Assembly (NCBI GenBank): GCA_951406725.2
Contig: OX597821.1
Span: 115,258,001-115,322,000 of the forward strand
DNA length: 64,000 nt
Reading direction: 5' to 3'
Source: Octopus vulgaris
Taxonomy: Eukaryota
Part shown: piece after piece, positions 27,401 to 42,655 of the stretch
How positions within the stretch are numbered: position 1 is the stretch's first letter
How the letters are laid out: each line of letters begins with the position of its first letter
Notes under the pieces: model-generated
The model's database searches: none
What the model was told of the DNA's origin: nothing
What the model saw: only the letters and a program-made list of their open reading frames with translations
Translations under genes and position numbers: made by a program

Positions 27401-28289
27401 ATTTGGTCCTTAAGGGATAGAATCACTAACTTTGATATAGAATGGGAAGTCAAAGGGCTAGGTAAAACCTTACTTAATTGGAGGTAAGAAATGCATTTTA
27501 TACCTGAAAAATATTCCATATTTTCACATCTGTGTATGCGTGTGAATGTATGAGACAGTAGAATCCTTGTATTTGAATACCCTCTTTTTTCCTTGCTCAT
27601 ATGTGTCGGATGGAATTTGTTGAGGTGGATTTTCTATGGCCAGATGCCCTTCCTGTTGGCACCAGTTGTGAAGTAAAGTAATATTTCCCCATGGCCAGAC
27701 ATATTCTTACAGAAGACTGGAAAGGAAGAACCTTGCTTGTATAACAATAACATTCATTTACACCTGTCAGGTGATATCAAGAGAAGACAGTAACAAACAC
27801 ACTCACACACACACACACACACAAGCATATATATAGATACCTGTGCTGGTGCCACATAAAAAACACCTGTACTGGTGCCATGCTAAAAGCACCTGTGCTG
27901 GTGCCTCTTAAAAAGCTCCCAGCACACTCTGTAAAGTGGTTGATGTTAAGAAGGGCATCTGGCTATAGAAACCAGATAAAATAGACAGTTGAAGTTGGGT
28001 TCAGCTCTCTGATGTGCAAGCACCACTCAAACCTTTCCAACCCATGCCAGCATGGAAAACAGACGTTGAATGATGGTGGTGATGATGATGATGATATACA
28101 CATATAATGAGCTTTCATTTTCTGTTTACCAAATCCAATCACAAGGCTTCGGTCAACCTTGAATAAGCAAAAAAAATGTAGTGTTCGTTTATGGCCTCAC
28201 ATAATAAATGTAAAAACGTTTATATGTTAGAATAAATTATTTTGCATTGAGGGAAAGAGATCTGATGTTTTGGGCAGATTCTTTCAACT

Positions 28290-28720
28290 GAAAAATATTG
28301 GATATTTATTAGTAATGCGGAATAAACTGAATGGAAGGAGAGAGAGATAAAGAGAGATTAATAGTGAATAAGCAGAGAATATTGAGGCTAGATGGTCAGA
28401 GAAAATGTCTAATGAAGAAATGATGAACCAGGTTGCAGTAAATAGGAAACTGCTTTGTGAGATAAGGGCTAAGCAACTGAGATTTCTTGGTAATGTGATG
28501 AGGAAAATAGGGTTTGGAGAATTTAGTGATGACTGGCAAGTTTGAAGGGGAAAGAAGGAGAGAAAGGATGATGATGATCTGGATGTGAAGCTTTGAGAAA
28601 TTGGTTCAAAGAAGTAGACGTTAAACATCAGGAAGTGGAACTGTCACAGAAAACAAAGAGAGAATTGTGACAGGATACGATCACCCGTGTCCTATATTTA
28701 GACATTACACCTAAAAGAAG
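28290..28720 (+). mobile_element. Decayed RTE-like LINE 3' fragment
   Basis: MSNEEMMNQVAVNRKLLCEIRAKQLRFLGNVMRK then LENLVMTGKFEG across a frameshift. Confidence 0.6.
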
Positions 28721-30432
28721 AAAGATGGAGGAACAAGCCTTAATAGAAAAAAGGGGAGATGATTAATGAGGATGTTGACAAATTTGAAGAAAACAAGGAA
28801 AGGGGATTAAGATCAGGACCTGGTAGAATGATATTATGGGGCAGTAATGGTGAACCTGTGACGTGTGGGTCAGCTGTTACATGTTGAGAGGGTTTTATAC
28901 ATGAAAATGGTGATAAGATGGAGAAGAAGAGTGCTTGTTACTGAAAGTAAAGTGATATCATCATCATCGTTTAACATCTGCTTTCCATGCTAGCATGAGT
29001 TGGACGATTTTGACTGAGGGCTGGCGAACCAGATGGCTGCACCAGGCTTCAATCTTGATTTGGCAGAGTTTCTACAGCTGGATGCCCTTCCTAATGCCAA
29101 CCACTCTGAGAGTGTAGTGGTTGCTTTTTACGTGCTACCGGCACAGGGGTCAGTCAGGCAGTACTGGCAACAACCTCGCTCGAATCTTTTTACACATGCC
29201 ATCAGCACAGGTGCCAGTAAGGCAACGTTGGTAACGATCACACTCAAATGGTGCCCTTTTACATGCCACTGGCACAGAAGCCAGTTGGCTGCTCTGGCAA
29301 CGATCACGCTCGGATGGTGCTCTTGGCACCCTACTAGCACGGGTACAAGTGCCAGTAAGTCAACGCTGATGACTAATTTCTGAATCTTCACAAATTCTTC
29401 ATCCAATTGCTTCAGTTCTCGTTCCTAGTCTTTAGACAATTATAAAAAATGAATAAGATTGAACACTAGAAGTGCAGTGTCATATAAACAGTTTATGAAT
29501 AAAAAATGTCCTCTGATTAAAATAAATAAACACACACATACATATATGTATTTATTTTAGTGATATTATGAAATCATTTAATATTTAGATTTCAGGTCTG
29601 CATAGGATATAATAGGAAATGCACCCATTATATAAAACTTCTTCAGTCAAAGCATTTCAAAATATGTAAGGGATCATATGTATAGGCAGAGAGGCTGGGT
29701 TCCTTTCGAGAGTTGGGCATCATAGAGGCAAGGTGGCTGAATTCCTTTTAAATGGGCCTCTCAGAGGTGCGGTGGGTGAGTTCCTTTCGAGCATTGGGAC
29801 TCAAGGAGGCAAAATGGCTAAGTTCCATTCGAGTGTTGGGTCTCACAGAGGCAATGGCCAAGACCTTTGGCATTATGTCATGCAAAATCACAGTTGTGGC
29901 AGATACCAGTGTCACGCAAATGGCACCCATGCCAGTGGCACGTAAAAGCACCCATTACATTCTCAGGGTGGTTGGTGTTAGGAAAGGCATCCAGCTGTAG
30001 AAAACCATGCCAAATCAGACTGGATCCAGGCGGAGCTTTCCAGCATGCCAGCATGGATAATGGACGTTAAACGATGATGATACATAAAGGCTGCAAGCTG
30101 GCAGAATTGTTGGCATACTGGGTGAAATGCTTAGCAGTATTTCATCTGCCGTTACGTTCTGAGCTCAAATTCCACTGAGGTCGACTTTGCTTTTGCCTTT
30201 CTTCCTTTCGGGATTGATTAAATAAGTACCAGTTATGCACTGGGGTTGATGTAATTGACTTAATCCGTTTGTCTGTACTTCTTTGTCCCCTCTATGTTTA
30301 GCCCCCTGTAGGCAGTAAAGAAATATATATATAGGGAGAGTTTACGAAAAAAAACAAAAGACAAAGACTGGTGGTTTTGACAACAAACAGATGTATTAGT
30401 TTAACGCTTGGGAAGTGAAAAAGTCTTGAAAT

Positions 30433-30513
30433 TTTGCCTGAAGATGGTGGATTGATGCTATGATGTAATCAATGAATACTTCAGTGAAGATCTACCGAAA
30501 CAGCTGTTGTAAA
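30433..30513 (+). ncRNA. Type I hammerhead ribozyme motif with intact core
   Basis: UUUGC-CUGAAGA-U-GGUGGAU...AUCUACC-GAAA-CAGCU-GUU-GUAAA; stems I and II pair; stem III is the palindrome ACAGCUGU. Confidence 0.75.
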
Positions 30514-31351
30514 TTTTAAACCCCATTTGTGTTCTTTGAATATTATTTGTGTGTGTGTGTGTGTGTGAGTCGATATTGAAAGGAAATAGAGAAAATAAGA
30601 AAGTCAGAGTTATAATATTTGATATTGATTGTAATTCTACAGTTTCAGTAAATGGTGCATGCATGTGAGCGTGTGTCTGTGACTGTGTGAGTGTTTGTGG
30701 GTGGGTGTGTGTATGTGATGAACATTTCAATAAATAAGAAATTAGAATTTCAGTACACCAAACCGGGAAGGGTTCGGCATCATTTGATAAAGAATGAGGT
30801 TAAATAATAAAGAAAATTAGTCTGTTTTTGTTTCGTTTCTTTGCTTAATAGTTTAATTGCTTGGAATTTATGAGGGAAGACCTTTGACATGGCATATGGC
30901 TTTCTAGTGCTATTATGTGCTGATGTTTTACCTTTATGGTAAACTGTGCACACACACACACACACACACATCTGTAGCCATCACTTGCAAGCAGGTGTAA
31001 TGTGGCAATGCACCATGCTTTCACAAATTATTTTCAGTGCCTGTGTAGTCGCCCCCCTCCCCCACTCGAACCTTCCAGTCTTGGCCTCATAATAGAACAT
31101 TGAGGATGTGACAGTTACAGGGTGAGGACTGCTGCTCTAGTACTCAGCTGGTACTCCTTTTTCGTTGAGTACACTGGAGCAATGTGAAACGAAGTACCTT
31201 ACTCGAGGAGACAATGTGCCACTTGATCTAGGAATTGAACCCACAACATTATGATCATAAAGTAGACACTCTAACCGCTTGGCCAATGCACCTTCACCCG
31301 CATGCACATGTGTGTGGTGGGGAGCATGCGTGTGCATACTTGCATGTATGA

Positions 31352-31390
<39 letters not shown>

Positions 31391-33461
31391 AGTGAAAGTT
31401 GAGTTGGACCTCACTGTTAAGGAAGTGGTAAAACCATTCTGTGTATTCTTCATCTTTAATATATTTCTTCTAGGATTCTTTTTAAGTTGTGTTGGTGGGA
31501 TGAAACTACCAAATATTCTGAAGGGCTTCATTGTTAATTTTTCTTAATGTTTTCATTTAGCAGCTTCACCTGTCACATACAAAGCACCTGTGCTGCTGCC
31601 ACATAAAAAGCACTGGCGCTGGTGCCACAGGAAAAGGGCTTAGTACACTCTGTAAAGTAGTTGGCATTAGGAAGGGCATCCAACTATAGAAACCAAGCCA
31701 AAACAGAACAGAACCGGGTGTGGCTCCTGGCCTTACCAGATCCTGTCAAACTGTCCAACCCATGCTAGCATGAAAAGCATACGTTAAACGATGAGGATGA
31801 TTGTTTTCACTTTCTACCATGAGGGTTCTCCATCACATCTCATCACCACCATCTTTATCTCTCTTTCTACCTCCACCCCCACCAATTACTCCTGCCTACC
31901 CTTATATAATGTTGGGTAGCTATCCACCTCCTCAACAGCAAGGTACCTGTGTCCTGCCCCTTCTGTCATCCTATAACCTTTGAACGTCTCACAGAAAGCT
32001 ACTTTCCTCTCAGTTGAGGGTGTTTTTCAGTCTTCTGAGTTCCACGGCAACTTCACTGGTGTTGGTGCCACATAAAAAGAACATGGAGTGCACTCTGTAA
32101 AGTGGCTGGTATTAGAAACAGTGCCCAATCATAGAAACCTTGCCAAAGCCAACATTGGACCAAGTTGCAGTCCTCTAACTCTCATCATATCCTGTCAAAC
32201 TGACCGACTCATGCCAGCATGGAAAATGGACATCGAATGATAATAACAATGATGATGATGATGATGGCATGTGGTTTTAAAACAACATATGTGAGTTGAT
32301 GAAAAGAGATGGAACTAAGTAGGACATCCTGCCTTAAAACTGTTCCCTACAAAAGGGAACCATGATGAGACTGTCATGGGTCCACAAGGCTAGCCCTCAA
32401 TTTATCAGTTTAAATAATCTTTAAGTATTTGTTATTGTTGCTGCTGTCGCTATTCTTCTTCTTCTTCATATGATCATAACAATGAATATGTATTTATATT
32501 CTACTTTTCCTGGATTTTTTTAAAGCTATTTCTCTGCTATTTCTCCAACATGTCTTGCTATAGACCAAAAAAACACATATTTACCTTCAAAATTAAAAGC
32601 TTGTAATGGTTTAATCTTGTAATTATGACCAACTAACTTGGTATAAAAACCAAAACTGAAGCATTGATATACACCAATATAATTTAGGTGTTTCTTTGCT
32701 AGAAATACTGAGGGGAAAGAAATCAATGTTCTATTGACTAACTTGTACTCAAAATGTTTAGAATTACCAGAAATAAAAGGAAAAAAAATTAGTGAAACCG
32801 TGTTTATTCTCATTGTTTTAGATATTTTCTGGTGCCTGTCAATATCAGTGTGTTTGCATATATGTATGTATGTTTGTGTGTGTGTATGTTGATTAAATTC
32901 TCATCATGGAAACTATCCAACTTGTACACCAAGTGACCTTCTTTTAGTCATAAGTGAAAGCAGGCAAATAGATTGGAAATGACTGCATCAAATGTTCTGC
33001 TTGCTCATATCTATGTTTTTTATCACTGCCTGCTCTTTACCTGTGTGTGTGTATATAATATATACAAACATACATACATATGTATGTACACACATACATA
33101 CATACATACATGCATGCATGCATACATACATGCATGCATGCATGCATACATACATACATGCATGCACATGCATACATACATACATACATACATACATACA
33201 TAGATTTAATATTTCACTTAGATATTGTGATAGCAATAACCTGGTGTTAGAGCTCAATATACATCTGCATGGGAATGAAGTGTCAATCAAGTACAAGGCA
33301 GTAAACAAGAAACTGAGACGAGAAGGAACAAACAATTATGTTGTGCCTGTGTGTGGTTAATATAATTATTATATCTGATTCAACACAGCTCCCTGTAAAT
33401 ATGTATTGAGTACTTTACTGTTTTCTCCTTATAAAAAAAACCCATATATATATATATATAT

Positions 33462-33505
<44 letters not shown>

Positions 33506-34324
33506 TTCATACTCTATGGTATGCTATAAACCGAGAATTTAATACGCATTCCCCTTTTAGTTTCTGCGTGTGTATACTTAACATTGCAACACTGCTGCAT
33601 CTCGCGGAATTTCCACATTATTTTGTCACCCTTCAGTTAGCATCCTATTGATTTGTCCCGTATGATGTCAGTTTCCTTTCTGATCAATTAAAAACCTTAC
33701 CATACTTGCTGCCAAGATGAGATACGCAGTGTCGACATATTAAACGTTCCCCTGTTTCTCTTTTTAGTCGTACATCATACAATATCATCAAATAATGTTA
33801 TTGTAACGTTTACAATATAGACTCAATACATTGATTCTAATAATGTTTAGTTTGTATCCAACATCATAATGTTTAACATATGTTATTGATTAACATTATA
33901 AAAATGGAATAAAAAATATTTCTAAATTTACATATCGGGTGCAGCAAAATAACTTTGCATATTCACAGTTCTTGATAACTGTTTCAACTATATACAATGT
34001 CAACCAGTGCAAGACCTTCATAGTATTTGGATAAAAGAAAAATGGTGAATCATTACCTATGTGAAGACACAATTTTGATCTAACTTCATTAGCACCATAT
34101 CAATAACTGTATAAAATGTTGGAGGTTTTTCTGCCACGCTTCATAGTTTTCTATGGTTATAATAATGAAATAATTGTATACAGTGCTCAGGTGCACCACA
34201 ACTTGTCAAAAAGTGCATATAAAGCATATGCAGTAATGCACAAATGTTTGGAAAGCGAACGATGTATGAGTCATATACAATGCTTGCATGTGTATAGAGG
34301 GGAGAAAATCAGGTGTAGTGTTGG

Positions 34325-34550
34325 CGAATCTCAGGAAGCATGGAAGTTTTGAAGGATGCAGTGCTCCGACAACTAACAACTGATGCCGGCAGTTTGTTCC
34401 ATGCTTCAGCAACTCTTAGCGTGAAAAAATGTTTCCGAAAGTCATGAGAGCTGTGCTGTTTTCTGACTTTGTAAACATGTTCACGGGTGTTAGACTGGTG
34501 GAGTTTAAAAAGGTGCTCAGAGTTATTGTTTGTAAGATGGTTAATAATTT
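34325..34550 (-). mobile_element. CR1-clade LINE 3' fragment
   Basis: SNTREHVYKVRKQHSSHDFRKHFFTLRVAEAWNKLPASVVSCRSTASFK on the - strand (TRGH/FFS.RV..WN.LP motif). Confidence 0.75.
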
Positions 34551-37500
34551 TGGAGCACCACAGACTATATTTTGGAAATATTATTATTGTAGAGAATGGT
34601 AGCCTGCTTGACTAAATGGTAGAGTACCTGACTAGATACCCTGTAGCCTTTAATTTCATTTTGAGCTCAAGAATTAACAGAATCAACTTTGTTTTTAGTT
34701 CTTCCTGCGTTTATAAAATAAGTTGCAGGATTTTTGTGTTTGAATTCAGGATATAAAGTCACAAGAAATGCCACTAAGTGCCAGGAAAAATGCTAAACAG
34801 TATTTCTTCCAACTTTACAATCTGAGTTCAAATGCTTCAAGTGTCAACTTTGCCTTTCATCCTTTCAGGGTTGATGAAATAAAGGAACAGTCAAGCACTG
34901 GAGTTGATGTAATTAACCAGCCCCACCCTCCCACCAAATTTCAGGCCTTATGTCTATAGTAGTTAGGATTATTACTATTATTATTATTATTATTATTAAG
35001 TCTCAGTGAAAAGCAAACAATGATTTTCTGCATAAAATGTTACCAAAGGTTTCAAACAAATCTGGGTCTCCACAGTCCCCAGAGGAGCTGTGACAGAAGG
35101 TGAATAAAAGTTATCAAAGTGAATTGGCAGTGGGGGAGGGTGCAATTTCTCAGTAAAAGAAAGTCCATGATGATGATGATGATGATGATAAGCATTTTTT
35201 TTTGTAGATTTCTGATGTTGATAAAATAAATATGAGATTAAAATCTCCAAAAACAGACATAAACGCCATCTTTATAGCAAACTACTGTTTGTTTACCGTT
35301 ATTCATCCCTATGTTAATAAACTTTTAAAGCTTAATGGCTTCTACTCATCGAGGTAAAAATAAACATGATGATTCTAATTATTTTTGGTTTGGCATCATA
35401 AGCTTCCCCTAGCTGAATCATTAGTGCTGTCATCAAATAACGGTACATGTCATTCTAAATATCAAGTTGGATCTGTGGAAGGATCTTGATAAAAATCAAC
35501 CAATCATCTTTAAAGTATTTCTCTCGTTAAACATTTATGACATTGATAAATTGAGTTGGCATTGCATTTTACAATAATTAAAGTTGGTGACAACGCATTA
35601 TGAAATAAGGTCAGGCTGGCCTAGTTTGTTTTTTTGGGTTTTTTTTGTTCCTTATGATTATGGAGCATAAAATCTAGAGTCAGGTAGTACAACCATCATC
35701 CTCCTCATTGTTTAATGTCCATTTTTCCATCCATGGAATTTATTGCGGCAGATTTTCTACAGCTGGGTGCCTTTCCTGTCACCAACATTCATTCATTTCC
35801 AAGCATGGTAATAATGTTTTTCATGGAATATTGCATACAAACAACACTGCTTGTATGACAGTGATGCTCATTTACAACTATCACATACTGTTAAATCTGG
35901 GGGGGTACACACACACACACAAATGGACCTCTTTCAAGTTCTATCTTCTAAATCCATTCAACAAGGCTATGGAATAATGTACTTGCCCAACGTACCATAG
36001 TGAGGAACTGAACCGAAACCCATGCCTGCACCTTCATTCTAATGGCAAAACATTTAAACCTCAAATGTCTTTTTCTTTATTTCCTTGTCTCATCTGGGGT
36101 TTTCCCTTCCTCTCTCTCTCTTCAACCAGGGTCCATATGACCCTTTGGGGGGATCCACAGAAGATTTTGCTGTTAAAATTTTGCGCAATAAATTGATTAT
36201 AATTCTAGAATGCACAAAAAATTTTTATTTTTTTATACAAATCTTGATAATATTTGATTATGAAAATATAAAAGCATTTTTTTCATATATAGGTGGCTGT
36301 GTGGTAAGAAGCTTGCTTCCTAGCCATATTGTTCTGGGTTCAGTCCCACTGTATGGCAGCACATTGGGCGTTTTATACTATAGCCTCAGGTCGACTAAGC
36401 CTTGTGAGTGGATTTGGTAGACGGAAACTGAAAGAAGCGCGTCGTATATATGTATATATGTGTGTGTGTGTATGTATATTTATGTGTGTGTGTGTATACC
36501 TATGTGTTTTTGTGTTTGTGTCTGTCCCCTCATTACCATTTGACAACCGGTGTTGGTGTGTTTATGTCCCTGTAACTTAACAGTTTGGCAAAAGAGACCG
36601 ATAGAATAAGTACCAGGCTTAAAAAATAAGTACCAGGGGTGCAATTCATTCGACTAAGAATTCTTCAAAGCGGTGCCCCAGCATGACCACAGTCTAATGA
36701 CTGAAACAAGTAAAAGATAAAAGATAAATCAAATAGCTATGGGGGTCCAATAGAGTAAAATAGACCCCAAAAAGGTCAGGGTCCATAAAGGCAAAAAATG
36801 GTTGAGAGCCCTAAAATAGATGATTAAGATCCTGACCTAACATTTAGTCTGAATCCTTTTAAGTGTTTCTTCATCTCACTCAGCCATAAATATCCTTTTC
36901 TACTCTAGGCACAAGGCCTGAATTTTTGGGGAGTTGGGGGGCAGTCAACTTAGATCGACCCCAGTACACAACTAGTACTTAATTTATTAACCCTGAAAGG
37001 ATGATAGGCAAAGTTGACCTTGGTGGAATTTGAACTCAGAACGTAAAGACAGCCAAAATACTGCTAAGCATTTTTCCCGGTGTGCTAACGTTTCTGCCAG
37101 CTCGCCACCTTATATTCGTTATTAAAAAATATTCTTTCCTACTCTAGGCATAAGGCCCGATTTTGGGGGGAGGACACCAGTTGATTAGATTGACCTCAGT
37201 ATGCAACTGGTTCTTAATTCATCAACCCCAAAAGGATGAAAGGCAAAGTCGACTTTGGCGGAATTTGAACTCAGAACATAAAGACAAATGAAATACTGCT
37301 AAGCATTTCGACCGGTGTGCTAATGTTTCTGCCAGCTTACTGCCTTACTAAGCCATAAATATTACACAAACACAAGAACAATGTTTAAAAATTGCTGATT
37401 TTTCTGGTACACTAGGTCGACATGAGTTGATGTCAGTTTGCTGATGTTGTGAACTGCATTGAAGATTAACTGTATTTATTAAAACCTTCTGCTTCGTTGC

Positions 37501-40500
37501 ACCAACTGAAGCAAATACATAATTGACCTGAGCTGATCTAAACTTATTGATCCGGCAGCATCTGGATTATTGAGGACAGTTAACTGGAAGATGATCTCTT
37601 TAGTTAACTTTTTGTCAAAGAAGATATGTTTGCATAATTCCTTAACCTAGTCATGAAGACGTGTGTATGTGTGTGTGTGTTTTCAGGGTGTGGTGGGGTG
37701 ACCAGTTTAAAAGATGTGTCCATCTGCTTAGAATAAAGAATGCATAGATAAGTCTGAGAGTGAATAAAATATTTAATCCATAATTGTTTGTCTAATACAA
37801 TTATATTTTGTCAGACTAACAATTATCAACATCATCATTTAGCGTCTGTTTTCCATGCTGGCATGGGTTGGACAGTTTGACAAGAACTGGCAAGGCCAGA
37901 AGACTGTGCCAAGCTGTATTGCTTGCTTTTGTATGGTTTCTACAGTTGGATGCCATTCCTAATGCCAACCACTTTACACAGGGTACTGGATGCTTTCTAC
38001 ACGACACCAGTACCCGTGGAGTCACCAAGTAACTTGCTAAACAAACACCCCTCAACTGGGAGGGAGGAGTGGTATTGAGGGAGGTGGCTTTGTACCAGGG
38101 TTTTATAATGGAAGGTGGATGTTAAACGATGATGATGATGATGATCTGCCATCTTCATCGTTGTCATTATTTACATGCTTACTTTCCATGATTGCATGGG
38201 TTGGATGGAATTTGTTGAGACAGATTCTTCCATGATTCAATGCCTTTCCTGCTACTAACCCTCACCTGTTTCAAAGTAAGTTAATATTACCCTCTGGCCA
38301 TTTTTGTTCACCAAATTCACTCATATGGCTTTGGTTGGCCCATGGTTACAGTTGAAGACACCAAGGTGTCTCGGTGTGGGGCTGAACCTGAGACCATGTT
38401 TGTGTAGCAAAATTCAACTGTGTCGGCATGGCTATATATTTATAGCTCCTAAACAATGACTCTAAATTACTTGTTGATAACCATTAATGTGTCTATGAAT
38501 TCATGTACACATAACCATTAATGTGTGTCTGATATTGTCTATGGAACCATTAATATATCTATAGAACTTTCAGCTCAGCCTATCCAACTCTCGGCTCTGA
38601 TGTTTTTTTTGTTCTTTTTCTTTCTTTGCTTCATACATAAAGTTGGCCTTAATCTTTTAATTTTTGAAAATTTAATTTTTTTGGCTTCGTTTTTGTAGAT
38701 TGATTGTTTTTCTACTTTTATAAATTTTCTTTAATCTCTCTCTTCTCACCTTGAATAAAAAACCAAACACATTTGCTAGAACCACAGAATGATTTTCTGT
38801 CAATATATATGTCAGTCGGTCTGATGTTTTAGACGTTCATACTTCAGATACTGCTTCTATTTAATCCTTTTACCTGCTGCATATTAAAGACAAAGATAAA
38901 TACGACCATAATCCTCCTTAATCTGTTTTAATAACTCTACAAACAAATGTCTTTACACATCTATGCTATGCTGTATTGATGTAATTGTGCATCAATACAA
39001 GATTATTAGAGACGCCTGTCGTTTGGTCTTTCTTTAATCAGAGATGCGGATGATTACTTTACTGTTCTCGTTTCAACTCTGTTCTACGTAATTCCCTTTA
39101 GTTGACAGCTGGGTTGTTAATAACCAGTCCGATTGGAAATGGATTTTGTTCTTGTTTTGCATTCAATCTGCTTAGTCTTGGGTGTCATTTCTTCCTGTCC
39201 TCTGTCTCTCTGTGGCTCTGTGCATTTTTCATACATTGGTCTTGTTTTTTTTTTATTATATCTCAAAGAATTTTATAGGAACGCTTTCAGTGTTACGAGA
39301 TATTAACTCGACCATTATTGCTTTCGAACTGATCATATCTGAATATATAAAATATATAAAATACATCACAAAATATCTAGAAACTTCCGAGTGTGAGGTA
39401 TCAAAGATCTTGGTGTTTGTCTCAATAAAACCATATCTTGTAGAAAAGCTTTATGAAAAAAATGTTTTTATTTTCTCCGATCGATATTTTCATTGGTTCA
39501 TTAGCAATTTAGTTTCAATTCTCTGATCATTTCTTACAATATTAGGTATTTATGGAAAACATGGTCATTGAACTACTAAAATCAAGAATTGTACTCTACA
39601 TAAATGCCAGCAGAAATTAAGTTGTTCATTTGACTTACTTCATAATCTTTCTTCCATTTTTTTTTTCTTTTTAAAGAATTAAGAACAACATGGTTCAGAA
39701 TTTTAACAGTTAAGTGGTTTCATCTTGCCATGTGTATATTTTGGCTGTATAATATACACATGTGTGTATTCTATGTGTGTATATGTAAATATGTGTTGCA
39801 TTTATGCATATATACATGTGTGTGTGTGTTTGTCCATGTACTTATGTGTGTGTATATATATAATGTATGTCTTTGCAATTTCAGCTTAAATTTTGTAATC
39901 TATACATTTATACTTTTAGTTCTTTACATACAAAGTTTTTATACAAATGTGTGTGTGTGTGTAAATATGTTCATATGTGTATGTATGTATATATATACAC
40001 ACACACACACATATAGATGCAGGTGTGGTTGTGTGGTAAGAAGTTTGTTTACCAGTTACATGGTTCTGGGTTCAATCCATCTGCATGCCTTCTACTATAG
40101 ACTAGGGCCAATCAAAGCCATGTGAATGGAATGAAAAGTCTGCCATGTATGTGTGTGTGTTTGTCACCCCACCCCCACTCTTTCACAGCCAGTTTTGGTG
40201 TTGTTTACATCCCCATAACTTAGCAGTTTGGCAAAAAAGCCCATCATCATCATCGTTTAACGTCCGCTTTCCATGCTGGCATGGGTTGGACAGTTTGACT
40301 GAGGACTGGTGAGCCAGAGGCTGCACCAGGCTCAATCTGATCTAACAAAGTTTCTATAGCTGGATGCCCTTCCTAAAGCCAACCACTCTGAAAGTGTAGT
40401 GGGTGCTTTTTACGTGCCACCGGCACAAGAGCCAGTTAGGTGGTTCTGGCAATGACCACGCTCAAAAGGTGTTTTTCCATGCTACCTGCACAGGAACCAG

Positions 40501-42655
40501 TCCAGCGCCACTGGCAACAACCACACTCGAATGTTGCTTTTCATGTGCCACCAGCACATGTTCTGGTAAGGCGACGTTGGCAATGATCACACTCGAATGG
40601 TGCTTTTTACATGTCACTGGCACGGGAGCCAATCTGTGGCCCTGGCAACTATCATGCTCAGATATGCTTTTAACGCTCCACTGGCACAAGTGCCACTCAG
40701 GCAGTACTGTCATCGGCCACCCGATAGAATAAATACTAGACTTATAGAAAAATATCTACTAGACTCAATTTGTTCGATGAAAATCCTTCAACATGGCTGC
40801 AGTCTAATGACTGAAACAAGTAGAAGATTCAATTGTGTGTGTGCATGAATGCTAAGTGCAGGCATGGCTGTATACACACAAGGTTTGCTTCATAACCATG
40901 ATGTTATTTAAAGTTTAGTTCTACTGCATGCCACCTCAGGCAAATGTCTTCTACAATAGTTTGGGGCTCACCAATGCCTAGGGAGTGGAACTGGGAGTCA
41001 AGTCATTTGGAAGTTTGTGTGTACACATACACAGACATGTGCGTGTCCATTTCCACGTAACAATGTAAACAACTTATTGGTATTAGAACCTGAAGATGTG
41101 CTCAGCTGGTTTTGTGTATGTTACAACTCTTGTATAACAAGCATCACTTTTCCATGAAACATTTGTAGTGTGTGTTTTACTTGTTCCATTTCTTACTTTC
41201 TTGGACATTTTTTGGCATTTATAGTAACTTTAGTTGCTAAACCTTCAGCTTATCAAAATTTTTTTTGATTTCAGTATAGGATGAAGTATGTAATTTATGA
41301 AGTACCAGTTAAGAACTACATTAAGCATATGCATATCATTGGTATACTCAGCCACTTGCATGTTAATTTCACAAGCAGGCTGTTCTGTTGGTCAGGCCAA
41401 CTGGAGCCTTTGTCATCATAACTGACAAAGCACAAATTTTTTTATTGTATAATTTACTGGCAAGTCTTTAACTTTTGCATCTGCCACCAACTACCAAATC
41501 TGACCATTAATTTTTGCACAGTTAAAGAAATAGCCATTTTTGTGTAAGATTCAATGATGTTTATTCACTTGGGACTTTGGAAAATGGTGTCTTTTTTTGT
41601 TGTTTTTCTTTTCCGCAATGACATGCTCCAAGTGTTGCTTTCACTTACCAAACTCATTCAGGCAATACTACATCTTCACTGATTCTATGTTGATGTTTGC
41701 TTATATATATATATATTTTTTTTTTATTGGACATTGTTAGCGTTGCCTGAAGCAGCAGGACAATGTTGGTTAAGAATTGTTGGAAGCATAGCTATTCTGG
41801 AATCTGTCAGAATAAGAAAGCTGCCCTTCAAACTTACAATAGATGCCAGTGAAATCAATAGAATTGAAGAATTTTTTGTAGCCTCTTTTTTTACTTATTT
41901 TTTTTACTTCTATCACAGAACACACTCCTTATCCTCTCACCATCCCCACCTATTTCTGTGGAATTCCCAATACAAAGACATTGGTTTCTTTTAACAGGAA
42001 TATTCTTTGAAACATCAGTCTTCTATCAAACTTGGACATATTTACAAATCATTTCTTTTTTTCTCATTTTGATATTTCTTTGTGTTTTCTTTTCTATTTT
42101 ATTCTGGTATCTTTGATATTTTTTTTTTTTCCATTCTGCTTGCACACTAATTTGTAGAAATAGAGTCCTCTAAGAGATTCCTATTCTTTAGTCTTTGGTT
42201 CAGCTAATGGGAAACTGATTGCGTTTTTCCTGTTGTTGATCATACCAGCTGTCACCTCACACAATCGCTGCACAACTTTCAACATTTTCTTTTGCTAAAT
42301 TAGAGCTGCCATTGTACTGCAGGAAAAAAAAAAATAGAATTTTGTCTGCAAACTAGTTTTGCCGTGTTCTTTGCTGACGTCATCTCCAAGCACTAAGAAA
42401 ATACCCGTTCTTTCATATGCAACAGTGGAAGTGAAAACTTTTGTCATTCTATAAGAATTTTTGTTTTATTCTACGGAAGCTAAAACTTGCTTTCATAGCT
42501 GTGTGGTTAAGAAGCTTGCTTCCCGACAGTATGGTTTCTAGTTCAGTCCCACTGCATGGCACCTTAGGCAAGGGCCTTTTTGTGTGGCCCCAGGCCAACC
42601 AAAGCCACATGAGTGGATTTGGTTGAATGAAACTGAATATACATATATAAGTAAG

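Noticed and set aside
41734-41994. ORF containing LTIDASE, loosely like the next dystrobrevin exon (FTIDANK)
   Set aside because: No following coiled-coil motif and no convincing splice sites; likely chance.
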